Assembly: GCF_039654945.1 (NCBI RefSeq) | Contig: NW_027361810.1 | Location: 186,001-250,000 of the forward strand | DNA from: Dendrobates tinctorius | Lineage: Eukaryota | DNA: 64,000 bases | Direction: 5' to 3' | In this document: one piece after another, positions 36,158-48,095 of the stretch | Layout: each line of letters begins with the position of its first letter | How positions within the stretch are numbered: position 1 is the first letter of the stretch | The notes under the pieces: generated by a model | What the model was told of the DNA's origin: nothing | Databases searched by the model: none | Seen by the model: only the letters and a program-made list of their open reading frames with translations | Made by a program: the position numbers and the translations under genes

Positions 36158-37627
36158 TGAACACTGCACCCCGTCTTCACTGAAAAAATGGAAATGTTTA
36201 AGTTTTTGCAAATTTATTAAGAAAAACTGAAATCACATGGTCATAAGTATTCAGACCCTTTGCTCAGACTCTCATATGTAAGTCACATGTGGTCCATTTC
36301 CTTGTGATCCTCCTTGAGATGGTTCTACTTCATTGGAGTCCAGCTGTGTGTAATTACACTGATAGGACTTGATTTGTAAAGGCGCACACCTGTCTATATA
36401 AGACCTCACAGTGCATGTCAGACCAAATGAGGATCATGAGGCCAAAGGAACTGGCCAAGGAGCTCAGAGACAGAATTGTGTCAAGGCACAGATCTGGCCA
36501 AGGTTACAAAAGAATTTCTGCAGTAATCAAGGTTCCTAAGAGCACAGTGGCCTCCATAATCCTTAAATGGAAGAAGTTTGGCCATCCAGCCAAACTGAGC
36601 AATCGTGGGAGGAGAGCCTTGGTGAGAGGTAAAGAAGAACCCCAAGATCACTGCGGCTGAGCTCCACAGATGCAAATGGGAGAAAGATCCACAAAGTCAA
36701 CTATCACTGCAGCCCTCCACCAGTCGGGCCTTTATGGCCGAGTGGCCCGACTGAAGCCTCTCCTCAGTGCCAGACATATGAAAGCCCACATAGATTTTAC
36801 TAAAAACACATGAAGGACTCCCAGACTATGAGAAATAAGATTCTCTGGTCTGATGGGACGAAGATAGAACTTTTTGGTGATAATTCTAAGCGGTATGTGT
36901 GGAGAAAACCAGGCACTGCTCATCACCTGCCCAATACAATGCCAACAGTTAAACATGGTGGTGGCAGCATCATGCTATGGGGGTGTTTTTCGGCTGCAGG
37001 GACAGGACGACTGGTTGCCATTGAAGGAAACATGAATGCGGCCAAGTACAGAGATATCCTGGATGAAAACCTCTTCCAGAGTGCTCTGGACCTCAGACTT
37101 GGCTGAAGGTTCACCTTCCAGCAAAGACAATGACCCTAAGCACACACACAGCTACAATAACAAATTAGTGGCTTCAGAACAACTGTGACCATTCTTGACT
37201 GACCCAGCCAGAGCCCTGACCTAAACCCAATGGAGCATCTCTGGAGAGACCTGACAATGGCTGTCCACCAACGTTCACCATCCAACCTGACGGAACTAGA
37301 GAGGATCTGCAATGAAGAATGGCCGAGGATCCCCAAATCCAGGGGTGAGAAACTTGTGGCCTCATTCCCAAGAAGACTCATGGCTGCACTAGCTCAAAAG
37401 ATGCGTCTACTCAATAATGAGCAAAGGGGCTGAATACTTATGACCATGGGAGATTTCAGTTTTTCTTTTTTAATAAAATTTGCAAAAATTTCTACATTTG
37501 TTTTTTTCAGTCAGGATGGGGGCAGAGTGCACATTAATGAGAAAAAAAAAAATTAACTTTTCTGAATTTACCAAATGACTGCAATGAAACAAAGAAAAAT
37601 GTAAAGAGGTCTGAACACTTTCCGTAC
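36158..37627 (+). mobile_element. Tc1-like DNA transposon, decayed transposase
   Basis: MRPKELAKELRDRIVSRHRSGQGYKRIS..., [40 protein letters not shown]; long inverted repeats with inner ataagtattcagaccctttgctca; outer part of the left TIR missing. Confidence 0.92.
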
Positions 37628-37777
37628 ATCCCCCAACAAGAGACCACAGCGATTACTAGAAATGGTTTATTAAGTAAACAGCAGATGATGCGAGACCCCC
37701 GCAGAGTCCATAGACCCCCAGCTTTGCACATGAGTATTTACAGGACACCGGTGATCTTGCGGCACGGCGTCATCGGC

Positions 37778-37843
37778 TCACATGGTCACGTAGTTGTCCT
37801 GTAGGATCTTCACGAGTAAACAGGAAAAGAGAATCCCGAGAAT
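37778..37843 (-). CDS. Tetraspanin terminal exon (ILGILFSCLLVKILQDNYVTM*)
   Basis: cctccag acceptor after a 69-nt intron; TGA at 37780-37778; AATAAA (minus) at 37671-37666. Confidence 0.92.
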   Translation of the reverse strand: MLGILFSCLLVKILQDNYVTM

Positions 37844-40800
37844 CTGGAGGAAGAAGACGACACGAAGTCATAAAGAAACCCAGGAGAGCAGAGCGGCACA
37901 AGCTCGTGTTACCTGAGTGAAGCCCAGGCCGATGCCCACCGCGCCAATCACGTCAAAGTGTTCGGATATCCACGTCTTCATCTTCAGCACACAGCCCTGC
38001 GCAACAAACAGCGGCCTGTGGTGAGATGGTACACGGGCCCGCAGCGACATGGCGCTCGTACAACAGCCACCACCTCCCCAGCAGGGTGAGAAGTGTAAAC
38101 CGTGCAGGGATCACATTTGGGAGTTTTGTTTTTTTTTTTTTATTTGAAGTGTTATATGCAGCCTCCTGATTGGACAGGACCTGTTTAGGAGCTGCATCCT
38201 ACAAGTGACTGCACCATTCTCCCCCCCGCCCCCTACAAGTGACTGCACCATTCTCCCCCCCCACCCAACCATCTCCACGTCCTACAAGTGACTGCACCAC
38301 TCCCCCCCCTACAAGTGACTGCACCATTCTCCCCACCACCACCAACCATCTCCACGTCCTACAAGTGACTGCACCACTCCCCCCCCCTACAAGTGACTGC
38401 ACCACTCCCCACCACCAACCATCTCCACGTCCTACAAGTGACTGCACCACTCCCCCCCCCTACAAGTGACTGCACCACTCCCCACCACCAACCATCTCCA
38501 CGTCCTACAAGTGACTGCACCACTCCCCCCCCCTACAAGTGACTGCACCACTCCCCCCCAACCATCTCCACGTCCTACAAGTGACTGCACCACTCCCCCC
38601 CCCTACAAGTGACTGCACCACTCCCCCCCAACCATCTCCACGTCCTACAAGTGACTGCACCACTCCCCCCCTACAAGTGACTGCACCACTCCCCCCCAAC
38701 CATCTCCACGTCCTACAAGTGACTGCACCACTCCCCCCCCCTACAAGTGACTGCACCATTCTCCCCACCACCACCAACCATCTCCATGTCCTACAAGTGA
38801 CTGCACCACTCCCCCCCCTACAAGTGACTGCACCACTCCCCCCCAACCATCTCCTCGTCCTACAAGTGACTGCACCACTCCCCCCCCCTACAAGTGACTG
38901 CACCATTCTCCCCACCACCACCAACCATCTCCACGTCCTACAAGTGACTGCACCACTCCCCCCCTACAAGTGACTGCACCATTCTTCCCCCCCACCACCA
39001 ACCATCTCCACGTCCTACAAGTGTCTGCACCACTCGCCCCCTACAAGTGACCACCAGTCTCCCCCCCCCCCCCCCCAACCATCTCAACGTCCTACAAGTG
39101 ACTGCACCACTCCCCCCCCGCCCCCTACAAGTGACTGCACCACTTCCCCCCCCCCCACCATCTCGACGTCCTACAAGTGACTGCACCACTCCCCCCCCCC
39201 CCCCACCACCATCTCGACGTCCTACAAGTGACTGCACCACTCCCCCCCCGCCCCCTACAAGTGACTGCACCACTCCCCCCCCCCCCCACACACACCTTTA
39301 CTCGCCCCACACCATTCATTTCAAGGTTTGTTACAGTGTAGCATTGCAGGCAAAGTGGATCCCACAGGACTGTCTATACCAGATTACTTGGTAACAAACC
39401 TTCAGCTGTGAGAGGTCGCAGCCTGTGCTTGCTGACAGGATACAGAATCATCCTGTGAACAGTCAGAGATCTTGAGAAAGACACTGGAAACGTGCGCACT
39501 CGCGTCACGGGCGTCCAACCTCATCCCGGGTTTTATAAACTCTGGTTACTAAGGGCGAGTGCACACAGTGCGGAATCATCTGCGGATTTGCAGGTAAAGT
39601 GGCCTGCGGTTTGACACCTGGACAGTGGAGCAGGTGTCAAACCGCTGCGGAATCCACAGAAAGAATTGACATGCTGCAGATTTAAAACCGCAGCAAATCT
39701 GAGCAGAAAAATCAGCAGCGTGTGCACTGCAGTTTTGAAATCCCATTGGCTAACATGGTACTGTACATTGCTCGCGGATCCGCAGCGTGTGCACATACCC
39801 TTAGGTGGACACAAGTCCTCTGCCTCATCTAACAACTCAAAGTGGTTGTGATTCCACGAGAAGTGGCGACCCGGGGGCATAAGGCCGCATCTTACTTATA
39901 GGCTTCTGGGTTGGGGGGGACAAAGCGCAGTTTGTTGTTTAGGTCCAGAATCTTCGCGTTTCTGCAGATCGCTGCGGCTGTGTCTTACTGCAACAGCCTT
40001 ACAAGCCGCTCACTACTGACTGGCCAGATGACCACCTTCCCATACCGGGGACCCTCGGTGTCCGTCACGGCGGTCTCCATACCTCTTGGTACAGGCCCTC
40101 ACTGTGCCCCAGCGCATCCTCTCCACACTTCGGACGTGGGATCCTGCAGCAGCTGCTGGGAACGGAGCTTTCATAGATTCCAGAAGAGACGTTAAACCAG
40201 TCGGTAAAGTTCTTTGCGCCACAACACTGGAACTACGGGAAGAAGAGGGGGATATACGAGAGACCGTCAGTCTGCCACAACGGGGGCAACATGCATAAAA
40301 TAGAGTAAGCTGCGGACGAGCTCCGCACCCTCATTGGGGGGGGTCTATAACCTTCTGGCCTGGTCTCTATAGCCAGGTCCAGGCTCCACCTAAGGATGCG
40401 TTCACACAGTTTAAGTGCTTAAAATCATTTATTAAACTGTAAAGCGCTGCGGAATATGTTGGCGCTATATAGATGAAGATTATTTCAAGTACAAATGCTT
40501 CTAGTTTGGAGAAGTTTTTCTGTTCCGAAATGTTTTGGAACAGGGGTTTGTTCTTTTTTGCAGAATTCTGATTGGATTCCATCAGGATCCGCTCCCTAGG
40601 ATCTACCTGATCTCCCATCTTCCCTCTGAGCAGCACAGTGGATTTCCCATAGAAGTGGACAGGAAGAGTTTTCCTATGAAGAGCATATTGCAGCAGATCC
40701 TGTGGTGGGGGGGCTACTCGGACTCACCCTTTGCTGCACCCCGTCCACTGCGCGGGTGACCAGCTTCTCCGCCCCGTACTTGTCCATCACCTTCATAAAT

Positions 40801-43251
40801 CTGCTCAGTAGGTCACGGTGAAGCTGTAATAGAGCGGATTATTACATGGCGGCGGGCGCGGCGCACAATATGGCAGTAATAACCCTCGGGTGTCTGGAGA
40901 GGCCATGACTATAGAGGAGGCGCTGCAGTCAGTCTCCACAGACATGGCCGCTCACCTCACCTTGTCTCTGTAGGAATAGGCCGACATCCCGACTACGATT
41001 TCTGCGACAAAGACCAGAAGCATAATCCCTGTGAACTGAGAGAGGGGAGAGGAGACATGACGGCGCCAACAAACACGGAAAATGGAGGCCAAGTCCAGAG
41101 AGTGCCCCCCTCAGACCGCGCTGCACCTGTACAGGTGAATGGAGCGGCGACCTCACTGGCACTCACTATTCTGCAGCTTCAGAGCTGAGATCTCTCAGCA
41201 TCCCCTGCTGCTTCAGCATCTGCACAGACCTTTGTCCCCCATGTCCATAAGCTTGCTGACTGTTTCCAGGAAAACTAGCAGAATAAGGGTGTGTGCACAC
41301 ACTGCGGATTCTGATGCGGATTGATCCGCCCGGATTTCGCAAAATCCGCAAGTCAAGAGACCTGCGGTTTATCTGTGGATTAGGCTGCGGTTTTGCCCTG
41401 CGGCTTATCACCTCTACAATGGAGGAGATGGTAAATTGCAGCGGAATCCGCAGAAAGAGTTGACATGTCAATTCTTTCTGCAGATTAGAAGCCGAAGCAA
41501 ATCCACGCGGAAACATCTGCACCATCTGCACTGCGGTTTCCATTTCCCATAGGATATTATGGTGCTGTACAACAGCAGAAACTGCTGCAGATCCGCAGCG
41601 TGTGCACACAGCCTAATGAGTGCAGCTGTGGAGTAACGAGGACGCCGCCGTCAGGGTTACGGGGAACATACGATTTTTATCAGGATGAGGTTTTCTTTGA
41701 TTGCAGCCACAGCCCCGAAACCAGAAAGGAAGAAAATGACCATCCCCACGACAGTCAGGACCATGGGGGCGCCGGATGAAGTCTCCACCACGACTACGGA
41801 AACATCCGATAACTTCATCTGTGCCGAGGCCCCGAGACAGATCAGCACAACACCGGTCACCTGACGGAGGACAAGAGCACCGGTCACAGCAAGTAACGGC
41901 TCCGGCAGACACCGGATAAGGCCCCGTGCACACCCGCAGGAGCATACAGCAGGCTGTCTAGGCAGGAGAAGAGACGGCGAAACAGCCAGCACGTCTGCAT
42001 CCCTCACAAATACTGACCGTGTGAACGCGGCCCAAGTGTGTGATCATGGGGGGCCTGGCTCCAGAGACCCCACTGATCCCGAGAAGCCAGCAGCGGCCCG
42101 TATGTCTGCATCACAAATACTGACTGTGTGAACGCGGCCCAAGTGCGTGATTGTGGGGGGGCCTGGCTCCAGACACCCCACTGATCCCGAGAAGCCAGCA
42201 GCGGCCTGTATGTCTGCATCACAAATACTGACTGTGTGAACGCGGCCCAAGTGTGTGATCGTGGGGGGGCCTGGCTCCAGAGACCCCACTGATCCTGAGA
42301 AGCCAGCAGCGGCCTGTATGTCTGCATCACAAATACTGATCATGTGAACGCGGCCCAAGTGTGTGATCGTGGGGGGGGCCTGGCTCCAGAGACCCCACTG
42401 ATCCTGAGAAGCCAGCAGCGGCCTGTATGTCTGCATCACAAATACTGATCATGTGAACGCGGCCCAAGTGTGTGATCGTGGGGGGGGCCTGGCTCCAGAG
42501 ACCCCACTGATCCTGAGAAGCCAGCAGCGGCCTGTATGTCTACATCACAAATACTGACTGTGTGAACGCGGCCCAAGTGCGTGATTGTGGGGGGGGCCTG
42601 GCTCCAGAGACCCCACTGATCCTGAGAAGCCAGCAGCGGCCTGTATGTCTACATCACAAATACTGACTGTGTGAACGCGGCCCAAGTGCGTGATTGTGGG
42701 GGGGGCCGGGCTCCAGAGACCCCACTGATCCTGAGAAGCCAGCAGCGGCCTGTATGTCTGCATCACAAATACTGACTGTGTGAACGCGGCCCAAGTGCGT
42801 GATTGTGGGGGGGCCTGGCTCCAGAGACCCCACTGATCCTGAGAAGCCAGCAGCGGCCTGTATGTCTGCAGCCAGCGCTCACAGACGGAGGGATCCCACT
42901 CTTGGGACTCGCGGGTCTCAGCCATCAGACCCCCAGCAATCACACATTTATCCATCCACTGTAAAACAACCCATTCAACCAATGGAGAAGAAGAGTCTAG
43001 AAACCATAGGAGCATAAACTGCTCTTTACTGCAGGCAGTTTGTTACAATGTATCAGTGCAGGTGACACTTCGGATGATACAGTGCAATACACCCCTCATC
43101 ATTGCCTGTAAACCCAACCCCAGGGGTCATCACCAGGATGGGCCCCAACTTATCCAGAGGAGTGACATGGAGCGCTCACCCAGTAGAAGAGGATGACGCA
43201 GAGCAGCGCAGCCTTCACACACACCACATTGCCCTGGGGCTCCGTCTTCAT
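37778..43251 (-). CDS. CD63-like tetraspanin, complete spliced CDS (7 exons, 243 aa)
   Basis: Exons 43251-43180, 41860-41672, 41035-40961, 40823-40728, 40232-40083, 37996-37913, 37843-37778, all phase 0 with GT-AG. Four TM segments, FQCCGAKNFTDW, VPSSCC, EGC, C-terminal NYVTM*. Resembles CD63 but is too divergent to name as the orthologue. Confidence 0.93.
37913..37996 (-). CDS. Tetraspanin coding exon 6
   Basis: GCVLKMKTWISEHFDVIGAVGIGLGFTQ; 84 nt. Confidence 0.92.
38198..39290. repeat. C-rich minisatellite with alternating short/long units, tetraspanin intron
   Basis: cctacaagtgactgcaccact(c)n +/- aaccatctccacgt. Confidence 0.95.
39553..39800. mobile_element. Harbinger-type MITE
   Basis: GGGCGAGTGCACAC...GTGTGCACATACCC flanked by TAA/TTA. 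Confidence 0.75.
40083..40232 (-). CDS. Tetraspanin coding exon 5 (CCG motif)
   Basis: FQCCGAKNFTDWFNVSSGIYESSVPSSCCRIPRPKCGEDALGHSEGLYQE; 150 nt. Confidence 0.94.
40728..40823 (-). CDS. Tetraspanin coding exon 4
   Basis: LHRDLLSRFMKVMDKYGAEKLVTRAVDGVQQR; 96 nt; cag/gtgagt. Confidence 0.92.
40961..41035 (-). CDS. Tetraspanin coding exon 3 (FTGIMLLVFVAEIVVGMSAYSYRDK)
   Basis: TM3 with conserved Glu; 75 nt; cag/gtgag. Confidence 0.92.
41287..41613. mobile_element. Harbinger-type MITE
   Basis: GGGTGTGTGCACAC...GTGTGCACACAGCC with TAA TSD on both sides. Confidence 0.8.
41672..41860 (-). CDS. Tetraspanin coding exon 2
   Basis: VTGVVLICLGASAQ...GFGAVAAIKENLILIKI, 189 nt, cag/gtatg. Confidence 0.92.
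41985..42870. repeat. Tandem repeat, 108-109-bp unit, about 8 copies
   Basis: tcacaaatactga at 42004, 42111, 42219, 42327, 42436, 42545, 42654, 42763. Confidence 0.95.
43180..43251 (-). CDS. Tetraspanin coding exon 1 (MKTEPQGNVVCVKAALLCVILFYW)
   Basis: ATG at 43251, donor TGG|GTGAGC; an acceptor (ccctctag) 32 nt upstream implies a 5' UTR exon further upstream. Confidence 0.9.
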
Positions 43252-43439
43252 GTCTGCAGCCTTGTCTCAGGAGCTGACACTAACTAGAGGGAAAGATTCC
43301 TCATCAGATGCCACCATGAGCTAATGAGCCCGAGATCAGCGATCAGCTGAAAGTTAACCCCGCACATTCTGGGCAGCTTCCACCAGTGGATATTGGAAGT
43401 AGACAATTTATTCCACACAGGACAGAAAAAACTTGGAGT

Positions 43440-45397
43440 TGGTTTTGTTGCAGATTGCGCTGTGGATTTGTCACAGGTTGCGCTGTGGATTTGTCACAGA
43501 TTGCGCTGTGGATTTGTCACAGGTTGCGCTGTGCATTTGTTGCAGATTGCTCTGTTGATTTGTCGCAGGTTGCGCTGTGGATTTGTCGCAGATTGCTCTG
43601 ATGATTTGTTGCAGATTGCGCTGTGGATTTGTCACAGGTTGCGCTGTGGATTTGTCACAGATTGCGCTGTGGATTGGTCGCAAATTGCGCTGTGGATTTG
43701 TCGCAGATTGCGCTGTGCATTTGTTGCAAATTGCACTGTGGATTTGTCACAGATTGCGGTGTGGATTTGTTGCAGATTGCGCTGTGGATTTGTCACAGAT
43801 TGCGGTGTGGATTTGTCACAGATTGCGCTGTGGATTTGTCACAGATTGCGGTGTGGATTTGTCACAGATTGCGCTGTGCATTTGTTGCAGGTTGCACTGT
43901 GGATTAGTCGGAGATTGCGCTATGGATTTGTCGCAGACTGCGCTGTGGATTTGTCGCAGGTTGCGCTTGGATTTGTCGCAGGTTGCGATGTTGATTTGTC
44001 ACAGGTTGCGCTGTGGATTTGTCACAGATTGCGCTGCGGATTGGTCGCAAATTGCGCTGTGGATTTGTCACAGGTTGCGCTGTAGATTTGTCACAGATTG
44101 CGCTGTGGATTTGTCACAGGTTGCGCTGTGCATTTGTTGCAGATTGCTCTGTTGATTTGTCGCAGGTTGCGCTGTGGATTTGTCGCAGATTGCTCTGATG
44201 ATTTGTTGCAGATTGCGCTGTGGATTTGTCACAGATTGCGCTGTGGATTGGTCGCAAATTGCACTGTGGATTTGTCGCAGATTGCGCTGTGCATTTGTTG
44301 CAAATTGCACTGTGGATTTGTCACAGATTGCGGTGTGGATTTGTTGCAGATTGCGCTGTGGATTTGTCACAGATTGCGGTGTGGATTTGTCACAGATTGC
44401 GCTGTGGATTTGTCACAGATTGCGGTGTGGATTTGTCACAGATTGCGCTGTGCATTTGTTGCAGGTTGCACTGTGGATTAGTCGGAGATTGCGCTATGGA
44501 TTTGTCGCAGACTGCGCTGTGGATTTGTCGCAGGTTGCGCTTGGATTTGTCGCAGGTTGCGATGTTGATTTGTCACAGGTTGCGCTGTGGATTTGTCACA
44601 GATTGCGCTGCGGATTGGTCGCAAATTGCGCTGTGGATTTGTCGCAGATTGCGCTGTGCATTTGTTGCAAATTGCACTGTGGATTTGTCGCAGATTGCGG
44701 TGTGGATTTGTTGCAGATTGCGCTGTGGATTTGTCACAGATTGCGGTGTGGATTTGTCACAGATTGCGCTGTGCATTTGTTGCAGGTTGCACTGTGGATT
44801 AGTCAGAGACTGCGCTATGGATTTGTCGCAGACTGCGCTGTGGATTTGTCGCAGGTTGCGCTTGGATTTGTCGCAGGTTGCGATGTTGATTTGTCACAGG
44901 TTGCGCTGTGGATTTGTCACAGATTGCGCTGCGGATTTGTCACAGATTACGTTGTGGATTTGTCACAGGTTGCGCTGTGGATTTGTCGCAGATTGTGCTG
45001 TTGATTTGTCGCAGGTTGCGCTGTGGATTTGACGCAGGTTGCGCTGTTGATTTGTCGCATGTTGCGCTGTGGATTTGTCACAGATTGCGCTTTGCATTTG
45101 TTGCAGATTGCACTGTGGATTTTTCACAGGTTGCGCTGTGGATTTGTTGCAGGTTGCGCTGTGGATCTGTCACAGGTTGTGCTGTGGATTTGTTGCAGGT
45201 TGCGCTGTGGATTTGTCACAGGTTGCGCTGTGGATTTTTCACAAGTTGCGCTGTGGATTTGTTGCAGGTTGCGCTGTGGATCTGTCACAGGTTGTGCTGT
45301 GCATTTGTCGCAGATTGCGCTGTGGATTTATCACAGGTTGCGCTGTGGATTTGTCGCAGATTGTGCTGTGGATTTGTCGAAGGTTGTCCTGTGGACA
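43440..45397. repeat. Minisatellite, 23-bp unit with higher-order duplications
   Basis: gatttgtcacagattgcgctgtg. Confidence 0.97.
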
Positions 45398-45579
45398 TCA
45401 GCTCTCCTGCTCAGTACATCACTTTCTCTCTGGTCTTCTGGATCAAAGAAGAAAAATAAATCACATTGTCCGATGAATCACGCTGGAGGACGGAGTGGTG
45501 ACTACCCCGCAGGTAGAGATGTGACACGCAGTGTACAGCCCCGACAATGACACAGAAAAGGACATGGAGGTTCTAACCT

Positions 45580-45845
45580 AGGAAGACACGAAGGATCCCA
45601 ATGAGGAAGACGCGGAGGATCCCCCTGAGGAAGACGCGGAGGATCCCCCTGAGGAAGACGCAGAGGATCCCCCTGAGGAAGACGCAGAGGATCCCCCTGA
45701 GGAAGACGCAGAGGATCCCCCTGAGGATGATACGGAGGATCCCACTGAGGATGACACAGAGGATCCCACTGAGGAAGACTTGTAGGATCCCACTGAGGAT
45801 GACACGGAGGATCCCACTGAGGATGACACGGAGGATCCCACTGAG
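45580..45845. repeat. Minisatellite, 24-bp unit
   Basis: gaggaagacgcggaggatccccct. Confidence 0.93.
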
Positions 45846-45884
45846 AATTGGGAAGTCCCTGTCACGTCTGTACTGTCCCACAGC

Positions 45885-48095
45885 AGCGGTCCCTGTCCTT
45901 CCATCTATGTCCCTTCTGTCCCAGGGCAGGGGTCCCTGTCCTTCCGGCTATGTCCCTTCTCTCCCAGGGCAGGGGTCCCTGTCTTTCCGTCTATGGCCCT
46001 TCTGTCCCAGGGCAGGGGTCCCTGTCCTTCTGTCTATGTCCCTTCTGTCCCAGTGCAGGGGTCCCTGTCCTTCCGTCTGTGGCCCTTCTGCCCCAGGGCA
46101 GGGGTCCCTGTCCTTCTGTCTATGTCCCTTCTGTCCCAGTGCAGGGGTCCCTGTCCTTCCGTCTGTGGCCCTTCTGTCCCAGAGCAGGGGTCCCTGTCCT
46201 TCCGGCTATGTCCCTTCTCTCCCAGGGCAGGGGTCCCTGTCCTTCCGTCTATGGCCCTTCTGTCCCAGGGCAGGGGTCCCTGTCCTTCCCTCTATGGCCC
46301 TTCTGTCCTAGGGCAGGGGTCCCTGTCCTTCCATCTATGTCCCTCCTGTCCCAGGGCAGGGGTCCCTGTCCTTCCGTCTATGGCCCTTCTGTCCCATGGC
46401 AGGGGTCCCTGTCCTTCCGTCCATGTCCCTTCTATCCCAGGGCAGGGGTCGCTGTCCTTCTGTCTATGTCTCTTCTGTCCCAGGGCAGGGGTCCCTGTCC
46501 TTCCGTCTATGACTCTTCTCTCCCAGGGCAGGGATCCGTGTCCTTCCATCTATGTCCCTTCTGTCCCAGGTCAGGGGTCCCTATCTTTCCGTCTATGGCC
46601 CTTCTGTCCCATGGCAGGGGTCCCTGTCCTTCCGTCCATGTCCCTTCTATCCCAGGGCAGGGGTCGCTGTCCTTCTGTCTATGTCTCTTCTGTCCCAGGG
46701 CAGGGGTCCCTGTCCTTCCGTCCATGTCCCTTCTGTCCCAGGGCAGGGATCCCTGTCCTTCTGTCTATGTCTCTTCTGTCCCAGGGCAGAGGTCCGAGTC
46801 CTTCCATCTATGTCCCTTCTGTCCCAGGTCAGGGGTCCCTGTCTTTCCATCCATGTCCCTTCTGTCCCATGGCAGGGGTCCCTGTCCTTCCGTCCATGTC
46901 CCTTCTGTCCCAGGTCAGGGGTCCCTGTCTTTCCGTCTATGGCCCTTTTGTCCCATGGCAGGGGTCCCTGTACTTCCATCCATGTCCCTTCTACCCCAGG
47001 GCAGGGGTCCCTGTCCTTCCGTCCATGTCCCTTCTCTCCCAGGGCAGGGATCCCTGTCCTTCTGTCTATGACTCTTCTCTCCCAGGGCAGGGGTCCATGT
47101 CCTTCCATCTATGTCCCTCCTGTCCCAGGTCAGGGGTCCCTGTCTTTCCGTCTATCTCCCTCCTGTCCCAGGTCAGGGATCCCTGTCTTTCCGTCTATGG
47201 CCCTTTTGTCCCATGGCAGGGGTCCCTGTTCTTCCATCCATGTCCCTTCTGTCCCATGGCAGGGGTCGCTGTCCTTCTGTCTATGTCTCTTCTGTCCCAG
47301 GGCAGGGGTCCCTGTCCTTCCGTCCATGTCCCTTCTGTCCCAGGGCAGGGATCCCTGTCCTTCTGTCTATGTCTCTTCTGTCCCAGGGCAGAGGTCCGTG
47401 TCCTTCCATCTATGTCCCTTCTGTCCCAGGTCAGGGGTCCCTGTCTTTCCATCCATGTCCCTTCTGTCCCATGGCAGGGGTCCCTGTCCTTCCTTCCATG
47501 TCCCTTCTGTCCCAGGTCAGGGGTCCCTGTCTTTCCGTCTATGGCCCTTTTGTCCCATGGCAGGGGTCCCTGTACTTCCATCCATGTCCCTTCTACCCCA
47601 GGGCAGGGGTCCCTGTCCTTCTGTCCATGTCCCTTCTCTCCCAGGGCAGGGATCCCTGTCCTTCTGTCTATGACTCTTCTCTCCCAGGGCAGGGGTCCGT
47701 GTCTTTCCGTCTATCTCCCTCCTGTCCCAGGTCAGGGATCCCTGTCTTTCCGTCTATGGCCCTTTTGTCCCATGGCAGGGGTCCCTGTCCTTCCATCCAT
47801 GTCCCTTCTGTCCCAGGGCAGGGGTCCCTGTCCTTCCGTCCATGTCCCTTCTGTCCCAGGGCAGGGATCCCTGTCCTTCTGTCTATGACTCTTCTCTCCC
47901 AGGGCAGGGATCCCTGTCCTTCTGTCTATGACTCTTCTCTCCCAGGGCAGGGGTCCGTGTCCTTCCATCTATGTCCCTCCTGTCCCAGGTCAGGGGTCCC
48001 TGTCTTTCCGTCTATCTCCCTCCTGTCCCAGGGCAGGGGTCCCTGTCTTTCCATCCATGTCCCTTCAGTCACATGGCAGGGGTCCCTGTCCTTCC
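45885..48095. repeat. Minisatellite, 43-44-bp unit
   Basis: ggcaggggtccctgtccttccgtctatgtcccttctgtcccag. Confidence 0.97.

Noticed and set aside
38198-39290. Constant 21-bp motif with variable spacers, superficially CRISPR-like
   Set aside because: Spacers are C-runs and one recurring motif rather than unique sequences; eukaryotic intron; no cas genes.
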